Positions 37,512-46,671 of a DNA stretch of 57,167 bases are shown in pieces. The stretch lies in IMG/VR virus record IMGVR_UViG_3300021963_006528. The stretch is one strand, 5' to 3'. The notes beneath the pieces were generated by a model. It was given only the letters and a program-made list of their open reading frames with translations. It was not told where the DNA came from and ran no database searches. Position numbers and translations under genes: made by a program. The DNA comes from an uncultured virus (IMG/VR IMGVR_UViG_3300021963_006528) (lineage: Duplodnaviria > Heunggongvirae > Uroviricota > Caudoviricetes). How positions within the stretch are numbered: position 1 is the first letter of the stretch; every line of letters begins with the position of its first letter.

Positions 37512-39857
37512 ATGTCAAATTTTAGTGTCGAATCTAAATCTCAATTAGTCAAGCTTTTGGCTGTTGAAAATCTCACGGTTGAACACCAAAAAATACAAAC
37601 CGCCAAGTTTGATCCAAAAAATCGTGTTTTATATCTCCCAATCTGGCAAAATATGTCAGGCGCTCTCTATGACCTTTTAGGCGGTCATGAGGTTGGCCAT
37701 GCACTTTACACTCCTGCGGATGGTTGGCATGATGCTGCTCAATCAAGAGGTAAAGCATACAAATCATTTTTAAATGTAATCGAAGATGCTCGCATTGAGA
37801 AAAAAGTTAAACGCCGTTATCCTGGTCTCCGTAAATCATTTGTTGATGGTTACAAAAATTTAATTGACCGTGATTTCTTTGGTATTAAAGATGAAGATAT
37901 TAATGAAATGTCATTTATTAATCGTCTAAATCTTTTTACTAAAAGTGGAGGTACTCTTGGTGATAACATTCTTGATATTACCTTTTCAGCACAAGAACAA
38001 ACCTTGGTAAAAAAAGTAGAAGCTGTTGAAACATGGGAAGATGTTTTAAGAGTTACCGAAGAAGTTTGGAAATATTCAAAAGATGAACAGTTTGAAATGG
38101 CTGAAGAATTTTTTGATAGTCTAGATATTGATGATTATGATTATGATGGTGAAGATGATTCGCAAGGTTCACAAGATGGTGGTGATTTTGAAGATGAAGA
38201 AAGCGAAAAAGGTGAAGATTCTAAAAACGAATCTGGTTCAAATTCACAAAGCGATGAAGATAATGAATTAGACCAAGACCAAGAAAATGAAAACCCTTCT
38301 AATGGTAAAGATTCTGATGAATCTAATGAAGAAAAAAACGAAGAAAAAGATTTAACGGATTCGATTAATCGTTACAAACCATCTAAGCCAGTATATGATA
38401 TTTTTGAACCATCGTGTGAAACTGATGATTCTTTCCGTCAAAACGAAATGCAATTGCTTGATGACAAGTGTAAAGAATATGTGTACATACAAATTCCTTC
38501 TGTAAAGAATCTTAGAAATGTTATAACACCTGCAAAACGAGTACAAGAACAATTACATGCCTATTATTCTATGAAAGGTAATTACTCCGAAGATGAAGGT
38601 GGTCATCGTGCTAATAAATTACTTAACGATTTTAAAAAGAAGAATGATCGATACATTGGTCTTTTAGCTAAAGAATTTGAAATGCGTAAGGCAGCCACAC
38701 GATATGCCAAAGCTAAAATTTCAAATACTGGTGATATTGATGTAAATAAGGTTTACAAATATCAAATAGATGATTCTATTTTCCGTAAAGTTATGAAAGT
38801 ACCAAAAGGTAAATCTCATGGCTTGGTATTGTTGCTTGATAAATCAAGTTCAATGCACAGAAATATGTATTCCTCTATTGAACAGATTTTAATCTTAGCT
38901 AGTTTTTGTCGTAAAGTGAATATTCCATTTTTAGTTTATGGTTTTGGTAATCATTCATTATCTCGTCAAACAGATTTTCCTAACGAAAAAGTTGACGGTG
39001 AAAATGTTTTTACTCATAATGAAAATGAATTTTATTTGTATGATTGTTATTTGCGTGAGTATTTGAATTCATCCATGTCTAATGTTGAATGGAACGCTTC
39101 TATTAAAAACATGTTGCTATTGATGGAAGGTTTTTCGGGTGGCCTTTATTCTTCACCAAATTCGGAAGTGTTATCAAATACTCCTTTGATTGAATCTATA
39201 ATTGCACTCGAACCAATCATTAATGCTTTTAAACAAAAAAACAATCTTGATATTATTAATACAGTTATTGTACACGATGGTGATTCTGATGGTATTAATT
39301 ATAGATGTACTCTTTCACCTGAGGGTAAATTGGTTCCTAAACATTTTAGCTCAAACGCACAAAATGTATTTGTTGTAGATAAAAAATCAAAATTCGAAAT
39401 GCAAATTAAAACCAGTAATGCAATGGGTATGTGGGATAGTTATGATGCTTTGAGAAAAGTTATATTTCAATGGTTAAAACATAAAACTGGCACAAGAATT
39501 TTTGGTTTCTTCCTTATTGAAGGTAGCGCCAGTAACATGCGTAATGCTATTGAGAGAAGGTATCATTCTAAAAAGATTGATAGTATGCGCCAAAAAAATT
39601 ACTGGGGTGTTAAAGAAGAATGTAAAGTTCTTGCAAAAGAACTAAAAGAAAAGAAGTTTTTAGAATCTGATAATGTCGGATATGATAAATTCTATCTAAC
39701 CCCTGGTGGTAATGATTTGAAGATTGAAAATGAAGATTTTGAAGTAAATGGCAAAGTGACGGCCAACAAATTAAAAACAGCTTTTATGAAATTTAATAAA
39801 GTCCGTCAGGTAAACCGTGTTATGGTCTCCAAGTTCATACAAGGTATAGCTGCCTAA
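37512..39857 (+). CDS. CobT-like protein: N-terminal HExxH metallopeptidase-like domain, acidic linker, C-terminal vWA domain
   Basis: HEVGH, NVIEDARIE, MIDAS-like LLLDKSSSM, HDGD; adjacent to a MoxR-type ATPase. Confidence 0.75.
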   Translation: MSNFSVESKSQLVKLLAVENLTVEHQKIQTAKFDPKNRVLYLPIWQNMSGALYDLLGGHEVGHALYTPADGWHDAAQSRGKAYKSFLNVIEDARIEKKVKRRYPGLRKSFVDGYKNLIDRDFFGIKDEDINEMSFINRLNLFTKSGGTLGDNILDITFSAQEQTLVKKVEAVETWEDVLRVTEEVWKYSKDEQFEMAEEFFDSLDIDDYDYDGEDDSQGSQDGGDFEDEESEKGEDSKNESGSNSQSDEDNELDQDQENENPSNGKDSDESNEEKNEEKDLTDSINRYKPSKPVYDIFEPSCETDDSFRQNEMQLLDDKCKEYVYIQIPSVKNLRNVITPAKRVQEQLHAYYSMKGNYSEDEGGHRANKLLNDFKKKNDRYIGLLAKEFEMRKAATRYAKAKISNTGDIDVNKVYKYQIDDSIFRKVMKVPKGKSHGLVLLLDKSSSMHRNMYSSIEQILILASFCRKVNIPFLVYGFGNHSLSRQTDFPNEKVDGENVFTHNENEFYLYDCYLREYLNSSMSNVEWNASIKNMLLLMEGFSGGLYSSPNSEVLSNTPLIESIIALEPIINAFKQKNNLDIINTVIVHDGDSDGINYRCTLSPEGKLVPKHFSSNAQNVFVVDKKSKFEMQIKTSNAMGMWDSYDALRKVIFQWLKHKTGTRIFGFFLIEGSASNMRNAIERRYHSKKIDSMRQKNYWGVKEECKVLAKELKEKKFLESDNVGYDKFYLTPGGNDLKIENEDFEVNGKVTANKLKTAFMKFNKVRQVNRVMVSKFIQGIAA

Positions 39858-39858
39858 G

Positions 39859-39911
39859 TGTTGCGTGGATACAACAGAGGGCTTGACTTTTCTGTTGTAT
39901 TCCTTTATAAT
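39859..39911 (+). promoter_or_regulatory. sigma70 promoter with upstream inverted repeat
   Basis: TGTTG-N8-CAACA (39859-39876), 6 bp, TTGACT (39883-39888), 17 bp, TATAAT (39906-39911). Confidence 0.8.
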
Positions 39912-39944
39912 GGTTTTATTATAGTGAAATAGGAGTTTTATATT

Positions 39945-41138
39945 ATGTCAAAGCGTGCCGAAACCCGCCAGAAGTTTATTGATGCTTTAGTATCAAGTGG
40001 TAAATCTGAAGTTACTACCGAAGATATTAAAAAAATCTGTTCTAAAATTAAAATTGCTCATCCATATTGGTTCACCAATGAAGAAGCAAATCGTTTAAAG
40101 CGAGGTATTTTTAAAGTTCCAGGTAAAATGCCTGCAACAAAAACTCAAACAATCGATTTAAATGCTCAAGTGATTCCTATGAAAAAACCTGTAGAATCTG
40201 GTGGTAATCGTATTACTAATGTTGTTACTGATCTTGATGTATCAAATTTAGTACCTACTGTATATAAAAATTATGTACCATTTGGTAATTTTGATGATGT
40301 GCTTGCTATCGTACAGTCTGAAAGATTCTTTCCTGTTTTTGTTACTGGTCAATCAGGTAACGGCAAAACAATGTCGATTGAGCAAGCTTGTGCAAAAGCT
40401 AAAAGAAAATTTGTAGTGGTGTCTATGACACCTGAAACCGATGAGGGTGACCTTTTAGGTAATTATGTTTTGATTAACGGCCAAATGGAATGGCGTGATG
40501 GTCCCGTAACAACGGCCGCTCGTCAAGGTGCTGTACTCTGTATTGACGAAATTGATTATGGTGCAAATAATCTTTCCTCTCTACAACGGGTTTTTGAAGG
40601 TAAACCATTTCTACTAAAGAAAAAAGGTGAGTTAATTACACCAGCCCCAGGTTTTACTGTGTTTGCTACTGCAAATACTAAAGGTAAAGGTAGTGATGAT
40701 GGTCGCTATATGTTTACCAATGTTTTGAACGAAGCTTTCCTTGAGCGATTTGTGAATACGATTGAGCAAGATTGGCCTCCAATTAATATCGAAAAGAAAA
40801 TTCTAAAAAAAGAATTGGCAACTGTTGGTAAATTAGATGATGATTTCGCTGAGAAATTAGTTACATGGGCAGATGTTATTCGTAAAACTTTTGCTGAAGG
40901 CGGTTGTGATGAAGTGATTTCAACTCGCCGTCTTGTGCATATCATTAGTACCTATGGTGTGTTTAGTAATAAGATGAAGGCAATTGAATTGTGTTTGAAT
41001 CGTTTTGATACCGATACAAAATTATCTTTCATGGATTTATACACCAAGGTTGATGCGGGTGCTAATACTGAAACCTTAATGGCACAAACAATCGATTTAC
41101 CTGAACAACCTGCACCCGATAATACAATTGCACTATAA
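39945..41138 (+). CDS. CobS-like / MoxR-family AAA+ ATPase
   Basis: GQSGNGKT, LCIDEID, ATANTKGKG, NEAFLERF, ISTRRL. Confidence 0.88.
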   Translation: MSKRAETRQKFIDALVSSGKSEVTTEDIKKICSKIKIAHPYWFTNEEANRLKRGIFKVPGKMPATKTQTIDLNAQVIPMKKPVESGGNRITNVVTDLDVSNLVPTVYKNYVPFGNFDDVLAIVQSERFFPVFVTGQSGNGKTMSIEQACAKAKRKFVVVSMTPETDEGDLLGNYVLINGQMEWRDGPVTTAARQGAVLCIDEIDYGANNLSSLQRVFEGKPFLLKKKGELITPAPGFTVFATANTKGKGSDDGRYMFTNVLNEAFLERFVNTIEQDWPPINIEKKILKKELATVGKLDDDFAEKLVTWADVIRKTFAEGGCDEVISTRRLVHIISTYGVFSNKMKAIELCLNRFDTDTKLSFMDLYTKVDAGANTETLMAQTIDLPEQPAPDNTIAL

Positions 41139-41160
41139 TTATTTAACTGTTTCGGCACTT

Positions 41161-41186
41161 GACCCGGCGAAAGTCGGGTCTTTTTT
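41161..41186 (+). terminator. Rho-independent terminator
   Basis: GACCCGGC-GAAA-GTCGGGTC followed by TTTTTT. Confidence 0.9.
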
Positions 41187-41206
41187 CATATTTACCTTGA
41201 AAACGC

Positions 41207-41235
41207 TTGACAGCCCTATCGTAATCTGATATACT
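41207..41235 (+). promoter_or_regulatory. sigma70 promoter
   Basis: TTGACA (41207-41212), 17 bp, TATACT (41230-41235). Confidence 0.8.
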
Positions 41236-41243
41236 TATCTCAT

Positions 41244-41289
41244 ATTTGAAAGAACGGTCTCCTTTCAAATGATTTACCTTGTAGAGACC
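41244..41289 (+). promoter_or_regulatory. Predicted H-type pseudoknot in the 5' leader
   Basis: Stem 1 ATTTGAAAG/CTTTCAAAT; loop GGTCTC (41256-41261) complementary to GAGACC (41284-41289). Confidence 0.55.
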
Positions 41290-41313
41290 ATATTTGGATT
41301 GGAGTATTTTGTA

Positions 41314-41589
41314 ATGAAGTCAACTAAGCAAAAAGTCTTGGCATATCTTTCTAAAGATTCTGCCTATAACACATTAACCGCAGCTAAGATGCAATCTGTT
41401 TTTGGTATTGCTAATCCTTCCGCAACTATCAATGATTTGCGTAACGATGGCCATGCTATCTACTTGAATAGCCGTGTTAATTCAAGCGGTGAGAAAGTTT
41501 CTTTCTATCGCTTAGGTCAGCCTACAAAGCGTATGGTCGCTGAAGGTATTGCCGCTATCCGTGCTCAAGGTGAGCGTGCTTTTGCCTAA
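41314..41589 (+). CDS. Small winged helix-turn-helix DNA-binding protein
   Basis: KQKVLAYL...LT....QSVFGIANPSATINDLRNDGHAI...YRL; GGAG RBS before ATG 41314 (ORF track 41269). Confidence 0.7.
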   Translation: MKSTKQKVLAYLSKDSAYNTLTAAKMQSVFGIANPSATINDLRNDGHAIYLNSRVNSSGEKVSFYRLGQPTKRMVAEGIAAIRAQGERAFA

Positions 41590-41607
41590 AATAGTTTAGG
41601 AAAAGTG

Positions 41608-41647
41608 GAGAGGAATCGATAAATAAAAGTGTCGATTCCTCTTTTTA
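41608..41647 (+). terminator. Terminator-like hairpin with a TAAATA late-promoter core in its loop
   Basis: GAGAGGAATCGAT-AAATAAAAGT-GTCGATTCCTCTT then T-rich. Confidence 0.65.
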
Positions 41648-41662
41648 TTTTATGGGCATATT

Positions 41663-42478
41663 ATGGAAATTAAAGTTAAGCTTGATGAATTAAAGCAAAA
41701 TAAATTATTTGTCGCTACACCAATGTATGGCGGCATGGCTCACGGCCTATATGTCAAATCATGTTTGGACTTACAAGCAACAATGGCCAAATATGGTATT
41801 GATACGAAGTTCTCATTTCTATTCAACGAATCTCTGATCACTCGAGCAAGAAATTATCTCGTTGATGAATTCCTCCGTTCAGAATGTACTCACTTGTTGT
41901 TCCTTGATTCTGACATTCATTATAATCCACAAGATGTATTGGCTATGATGGCTTTAGATAAAGATGTAATTGGTGGTCCCTATCCTAAAAAATCAATTAA
42001 TTGGGGTAACATCGCACAAGCAGCCAGAAACAATCCCGATATGGATCCAAAAGAATTAGAAAAACTTGTTGGTGAATATGTATTCAATGTGGTACATGGA
42101 ACAAAAACATTTCAAGTCACCGAACCTTTAGAAGTTCTTGAAATTGGTACCGGTTATATGATGGTTAAAAGAAAAGTATTTGAGAAACTTGAAAAAGCAT
42201 TTCCAAATATTCGTTATAAACCAGATCATGTTGGTCAAAAACACTTTGATGGTACTCGTTACATTCATGCGTATTTTGATACAGTTATTGACAGTAAAGA
42301 CTCTATTACGGGCGGTGGTTCTGATCGTTACTTATCGGAAGACTACATGTTCTGCCAAATGTGGCGTAAGATTGGCGGAGAAATTTGGTTGTGTCCTTGG
42401 ATGAAAACGCAACATATTGGATCATATCCATTTACTGGTGATATGCCTGCTGTTGCAGCTATGACAGGTAAATTGTAA
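41663..42478 (+). CDS. GT-A-fold glycosyltransferase-like protein
   Basis: FVATPMYGG, SLITRARN, LLFLDSD, GTGYMMVKR, LSEDYMFC. Confidence 0.65.
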   Translation: MEIKVKLDELKQNKLFVATPMYGGMAHGLYVKSCLDLQATMAKYGIDTKFSFLFNESLITRARNYLVDEFLRSECTHLLFLDSDIHYNPQDVLAMMALDKDVIGGPYPKKSINWGNIAQAARNNPDMDPKELEKLVGEYVFNVVHGTKTFQVTEPLEVLEIGTGYMMVKRKVFEKLEKAFPNIRYKPDHVGQKHFDGTRYIHAYFDTVIDSKDSITGGGSDRYLSEDYMFCQMWRKIGGEIWLCPWMKTQHIGSYPFTGDMPAVAAMTGKL

Positions 42479-42822
42479 TGGTTGGTATAGCTGAAACTGT
42501 TAAAGATTCACAAACAGCCACAACTGGTGGTCGTAAATTTGATGGCGGTAAATTACAGTATGGATTATTACCGCCAGCAGCATTAAAAGCAACAGTAGAG
42601 ATTCTAACATTTGGTGCAGAGAAATATGAACCAAATAATTGGAAACATGTTCCAGATTCTAAGCGAAGGTATTTTGATGCCATGCAAAGACATATATGGG
42701 CATGGAAAGAAGGAGAGCAAAACGATGTTGAATCAGGTAAACACCATTTAGCACATGCTCTTTGTTGCCTCATGTTTCTGTATGAACATGATACAATATA
42801 TTCTGTTGATGATAAATCTTAA
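42478..42822 (+). CDS. dATP/dGTP diphosphohydrolase-like protein (DUF5664)
   Basis: GRKFDGGKL.Y.LLP, TFGAEKY..NNW, ESGKHHLAHA. Confidence 0.8.
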   Translation: MVGIAETVKDSQTATTGGRKFDGGKLQYGLLPPAALKATVEILTFGAEKYEPNNWKHVPDSKRRYFDAMQRHIWAWKEGEQNDVESGKHHLAHALCCLMFLYEHDTIYSVDDKS

Positions 42823-42836
42823 TTATGGAGTAATAA

Positions 42837-43520
42837 ATGAAACTATCTACACAAACAATTGGTGTATTAAAGAATTTTGGTACAATCAATGAGGGTATTT
42901 ACTTTAAAAAAGGTAAAGTTCTCAAAACAATTTCCAAAAACAAAAATATCCTAGCTGAAGCTACTATCGTAGAAGATATTCCTTCAGATTTCGGAGTAGA
43001 AGATTTAAATAATTTTCTATCAGTAATTAGTATGCATACTGATGATCCGGTTTTTGAGTTTGATGGAACTAATGTAATTATTAATGGTAACAAAGGTCGA
43101 AGCAAACAGAGGTATCGCTATTGCCAGCCTTCAATGATTGTTATGCCTCCAGAGAAAGCAATTACGCTTCCTGATCCAGAAATTACTTTTGATTTATCTA
43201 CTGAAGATTTATCATGGGTGATGAAAAGTTCGCAGGTGTTGAATACACCCAATGTCGTAATTGAATCTGATGGTTCAACAATCAATATTGTTTCGAGTGA
43301 TTTGAAAAACAATTCTTCACATACTGATGCGTTAGAAGTTGGTAAAGGTAATGGTGATAAGTTTAAAATGGTTTTCTTAACTGAACACCTTAGTAAAGTT
43401 TTAACTGGTTCTTATACAGTACAAATCTCATCTAAAGGATTGGCACAGTTTCAAAACAAAAATGTTCCACTCAAGTATTGGATAGCAACAGAAACAGGAA
43501 GTACCTTTACAAAAGGTTAA
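42837..43520 (+). CDS. 45: Sliding clamp gp45
   Basis: MKLS..T..VLKNF..IN, YWIATE; synteny. Confidence 0.9.
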   Translation: MKLSTQTIGVLKNFGTINEGIYFKKGKVLKTISKNKNILAEATIVEDIPSDFGVEDLNNFLSVISMHTDDPVFEFDGTNVIINGNKGRSKQRYRYCQPSMIVMPPEKAITLPDPEITFDLSTEDLSWVMKSSQVLNTPNVVIESDGSTINIVSSDLKNNSSHTDALEVGKGNGDKFKMVFLTEHLSKVLTGSYTVQISSKGLAQFQNKNVPLKYWIATETGSTFTKG

Positions 43521-43566
43521 TGAGTTGTAAATTTGATTTTTTTATATTATATTATGAGGTATTTTG

Positions 43567-44499
43567 ATGGAACATTTATTGTGGACAGAGAAGTACAGGC
43601 CGCAAACAGTAGAAGAATGTATTTTGCCAGAACGGATGAAAAAGCCGTTTCAGGAATATGTTAATCAAAAAAACATTCCAAATCTTCTTCTTGCTGGTGG
43701 ACCTGGAGTAGGTAAAACAACAATAGCAAAAGCCATGTGCAACGAAATTGGTTGCGACTACATGGTTATCAACGGGTCTGATGAATCAGGTATTGATACA
43801 TTTCGGACTAAAATTAAACATTATGCATCATCAATGAGTTTGGCTGGCGGTAGAAAGGTCATCATCATTGATGAAGCAGACTATCTAAATCCTAATTCAA
43901 CACAACCGGCTTTGCGTAATGCGATTGAAGAATACGCAAGTAATTGTTCTTTCATTTTTACTTGTAATTTTAAAAATCGTATTATAGATCCACTCCACAG
44001 TCGATGTGCAGTTATTGAATTTAATTTAAAGAATGGTGAGAAGGACAAGATGGCCACTCAGTTCTTTAAACGAATACAGTCTGTTTTGCAAAGTGAAAAA
44101 GTAGAGTTCGAAAAGTCAGTTATTGCGGAATTAATCAAAAAACATTTTCCTGATTTCCGCCGTGTTTTAAATGAGTTGCAACGATATTCTCAATTCGGAG
44201 TAATTGATACTGGCATTCTTGCTCAGATTGGTGATGTACCACTTAAAGAGATTGTAAAATTCATTTCTGAAAAAGATTTTGGTGCAATTCGTAAATGGGT
44301 TGCTTCTAATGATATGGATTCCACAACATTGTTTCGTAAACTTTATGACATGATGTATGAAGTATTAAAACCGCAATCTATTCCTCAAGCAGTTATTATT
44401 CTTGCTGACTACCAATATAAGTCCGCTTTTGTTGCAGATCAAGAAATTAATACTGTTGCGTGTTTGACCGAACTAATGGTAAATTGCGAGTTTGTATGA
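43567..44499 (+). CDS. 44: Clamp loader large subunit gp44
   Basis: LWTEKYRP, GPGVGKTT, IIDEAD, SRC. Confidence 0.95.
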   Translation: MEHLLWTEKYRPQTVEECILPERMKKPFQEYVNQKNIPNLLLAGGPGVGKTTIAKAMCNEIGCDYMVINGSDESGIDTFRTKIKHYASSMSLAGGRKVIIIDEADYLNPNSTQPALRNAIEEYASNCSFIFTCNFKNRIIDPLHSRCAVIEFNLKNGEKDKMATQFFKRIQSVLQSEKVEFEKSVIAELIKKHFPDFRRVLNELQRYSQFGVIDTGILAQIGDVPLKEIVKFISEKDFGAIRKWVASNDMDSTTLFRKLYDMMYEVLKPQSIPQAVIILADYQYKSAFVADQEINTVACLTELMVNCEFV

Positions 44500-44780
44500 T
44501 AGACATTTTTTTAAATACTTTTAATTGGATTAAAGATGACTGGTATTCAAATAAGTTTCGTTTTGCTGTTGAGCTTATTGCTTGGGCTATTAGTATTGGT
44601 TGTGCGATTGCCATGGCTCTTACTGTTCCCAATCCTCCGTTACTCATTTTATATCCTATCTGGATTGCTGGTTGTGCTATGTATGCTTGGGCTAGTTATA
44701 CTAGGAAATCATTTGGTATGTTGGCTAATTACTTGTTATTGGTGACGATTGATGTTATTGGTTTAGTTAGAATGTTATAA
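44496..44780 (+). CDS. Small multi-pass membrane protein
   Basis: Three hydrophobic segments; ATGA overlap with the gene 44 stop. Confidence 0.6.
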   Translation: MIDIFLNTFNWIKDDWYSNKFRFAVELIAWAISIGCAIAMALTVPNPPLLILYPIWIAGCAMYAWASYTRKSFGMLANYLLLVTIDVIGLVRML

Positions 44781-44781
44781 T

Positions 44782-45267
44782 ATGATGACAAGAAAAGTTT
44801 CCAAGAAACTGATCAATCTCATCAAAATGAACGCATTAAGTCGAGATGCTAATGGTGAATTTACTATAATCAAATCGTCAACCAATAAAAAAAGAATGAT
44901 GCACGATTCTTCTGGCATTAGAGCAGGATCTTTACCTAATAGTAAAGTTTGGATTCCAAGCAAACTATATTTGGATGAAAATGATCTAGAAGAAATTTGG
45001 CAAGAACAGGAAGAATTGTGTTATTGGTTTAAAATACCTTTAGATTTAGAATTGATTTTCAACAATCATCCAGAGTATTTTCCAAAACATCCTTTAGCTC
45101 CATCTGTGGACAGAAAAGATGATAAGTTAGACTATACTAGAGATAATGTGGTAATATGTTGTAGATTGGCCAATTTTGGCAGAAATATATACCCTTTTGA
45201 TAAATTCCACGATGTTATTGGAAAAGTAACATCTAAAAATATACATACTAATTATGAACCCATTTGA
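44782..45267 (+). CDS. Putative HNH-like endonuclease
   Basis: C...L...PSVDRKD...YTRDNVVICC..AN pattern, resembling beta-beta-alpha-metal nucleases. Confidence 0.5.
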   Translation: MMTRKVSKKLINLIKMNALSRDANGEFTIIKSSTNKKRMMHDSSGIRAGSLPNSKVWIPSKLYLDENDLEEIWQEQEELCYWFKIPLDLELIFNNHPEYFPKHPLAPSVDRKDDKLDYTRDNVVICCRLANFGRNIYPFDKFHDVIGKVTSKNIHTNYEPI

Positions 45268-45637
45268 CTATGTTAATGAAATATTGCAAGGTAAAAAACA
45301 GTTAATTGTTGATGATGCATCCGAAAAAGCGTATGTGCCATTTTTGACAAACAGGTCGTTATCGTACCATTTAGACTGCGTTATGTATGCAAATGAGATG
45401 AATAGACGGCATATTATTGATTCTAAACTGCAAAATGACTTTTTACTAAATACCGTTAGGTCTAAGAAAAGACCATTTGCTAAGTGGGCTAAAACAGTAC
45501 AGAATGATGATTTAGAATGTATTCAAAAGTTGTATGGCCTATCAAAAATTAAAGCTCGTGAAGCAATCCGCCTACTTAGTGATGAACAAATCCAAAAACT
45601 AAAAGAACAAACCGATACCGGTGGATTAAGGAAGTGA
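45254..45637 (+). CDS. 62: Clamp loader small subunit gp62
   Basis: YVPFLTNRSLS, ANEMN, RSKKRPFAKW; upstream of regA. Confidence 0.88.
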   Translation: MNPFDYVNEILQGKKQLIVDDASEKAYVPFLTNRSLSYHLDCVMYANEMNRRHIIDSKLQNDFLLNTVRSKKRPFAKWAKTVQNDDLECIQKLYGLSKIKAREAIRLLSDEQIQKLKEQTDTGGLRK

Positions 45638-45638
45638 T

Positions 45639-46043
45639 ATGGTTGACCTTGCACAATTCGTTGAGGTAAAACTCAACGATCAGGACGATTTTTTAAAGGT
45701 AAGAGAAACACTTACTCGTATTGGAGTTTCATCACGCAAAGAGAGAATTTTATATCAGTCTTGCCACATTTTACACAAACAAGGCAGATATTATATTGTA
45801 CACTTTAAAGAACTTTTTGCACTTGATGGAAAGCCATCTAACATTTCTGAGAATGATATACAAAGGCGTAATGCAATTGCCAATTTATTATCTGAATGGG
45901 GTTTAGTAACAATTTTAAATCCTAAGATTATGGAAAATAACATTGCACCATTACATCAAATAAAAATTATATCTTTCAAAGAAAAAGACGAATGGGAATT
46001 GATACCAAAATACAATATTGGTAAAAAAACTCAAGACTATTAA
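45639..46043 (+). CDS. regA: Translational repressor RegA
   Basis: DDFLKVRETLTRIG, LYQSCHILHKQGRYYIVHFKELF. Confidence 0.95.
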   Translation: MVDLAQFVEVKLNDQDDFLKVRETLTRIGVSSRKERILYQSCHILHKQGRYYIVHFKELFALDGKPSNISENDIQRRNAIANLLSEWGLVTILNPKIMENNIAPLHQIKIISFKEKDEWELIPKYNIGKKTQDY

Positions 46044-46067
46044 TTATTAACTATGTGATAAAATATT

Positions 46068-46238
46068 ATGATGAAACCCAATAAAACTTTTAAGATGGAT
46101 AAAGAAACAAAAAGAATTTTATCCACTTTAAGTGGTCAACAAAAAAGTGACTACAAGAAAATGATGATTGAGGCACAGTTATGTTCTGCTGTGGTTGTTC
46201 GTGAAAAGAAAAAAGGTAAAGATAAGGATGAAGCCTAA
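46068..46238 (+). CDS. Small basic hypothetical protein (56 aa, absent from the ORF track)
   Basis: MMKPNKTFKMDKETKRIL...YKKMMIEAQL; fills the regA-deaminase gap. Confidence 0.55.
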   Translation: MMKPNKTFKMDKETKRILSTLSGQQKSDYKKMMIEAQLCSAVVVREKKKGKDKDEA

Positions 46239-46671
46239 ATTTATCGAAGCCCACATGAAGGCAGCTGAGAATTATTCAAAGTTATCATCAGCAAAACGCC
46301 TTCAAGTTGGTTGTGTTATAGTCAAAGATGATACCATTATTGGTATTGGTTATAACGGCATGCCATCAGGTTGGGACAATAATTGTGAAGATACTATACA
46401 GCATAGTGACGATACTACAACAACAAAAACCAAACCAGAAGTACTTCACGCAGAAACCAATGCAGTAGCAAAGGTTGCTAGATCAACAAATTCAACAGAT
46501 GGTGCCGATATTTTTATCACTCATGCGCCATGCATAGAGTGTGCCAAATTAATTCATCAATCAGGAATTAAAAGACTTTTTTACAGAGATACATATAAAA
46601 ATGATGATGGGTTAAACTTTCTCAATCAATGTAATGTCGAGGTGAACCGTGTTAAAGAGTTACACAACTAG
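46228..46671 (+). CDS. cd: dCMP deaminase
   Basis: VGCVIV, GYNG, HAETNA, PCIECAK; ATG 46228 is the likely start. Confidence 0.9.
   Translation: MKPKFIEAHMKAAENYSKLSSAKRLQVGCVIVKDDTIIGIGYNGMPSGWDNNCEDTIQHSDDTTTTKTKPEVLHAETNAVAKVARSTNSTDGADIFITHAPCIECAKLIHQSGIKRLFYRDTYKNDDGLNFLNQCNVEVNRVKELHN

Noticed and set aside
37512..41138. Cobalamin biosynthesis (cobS/cobT) auxiliary metabolism
   Set aside because: No cobN or other cob genes in the window; motifs support only a generic MoxR-vWA pair
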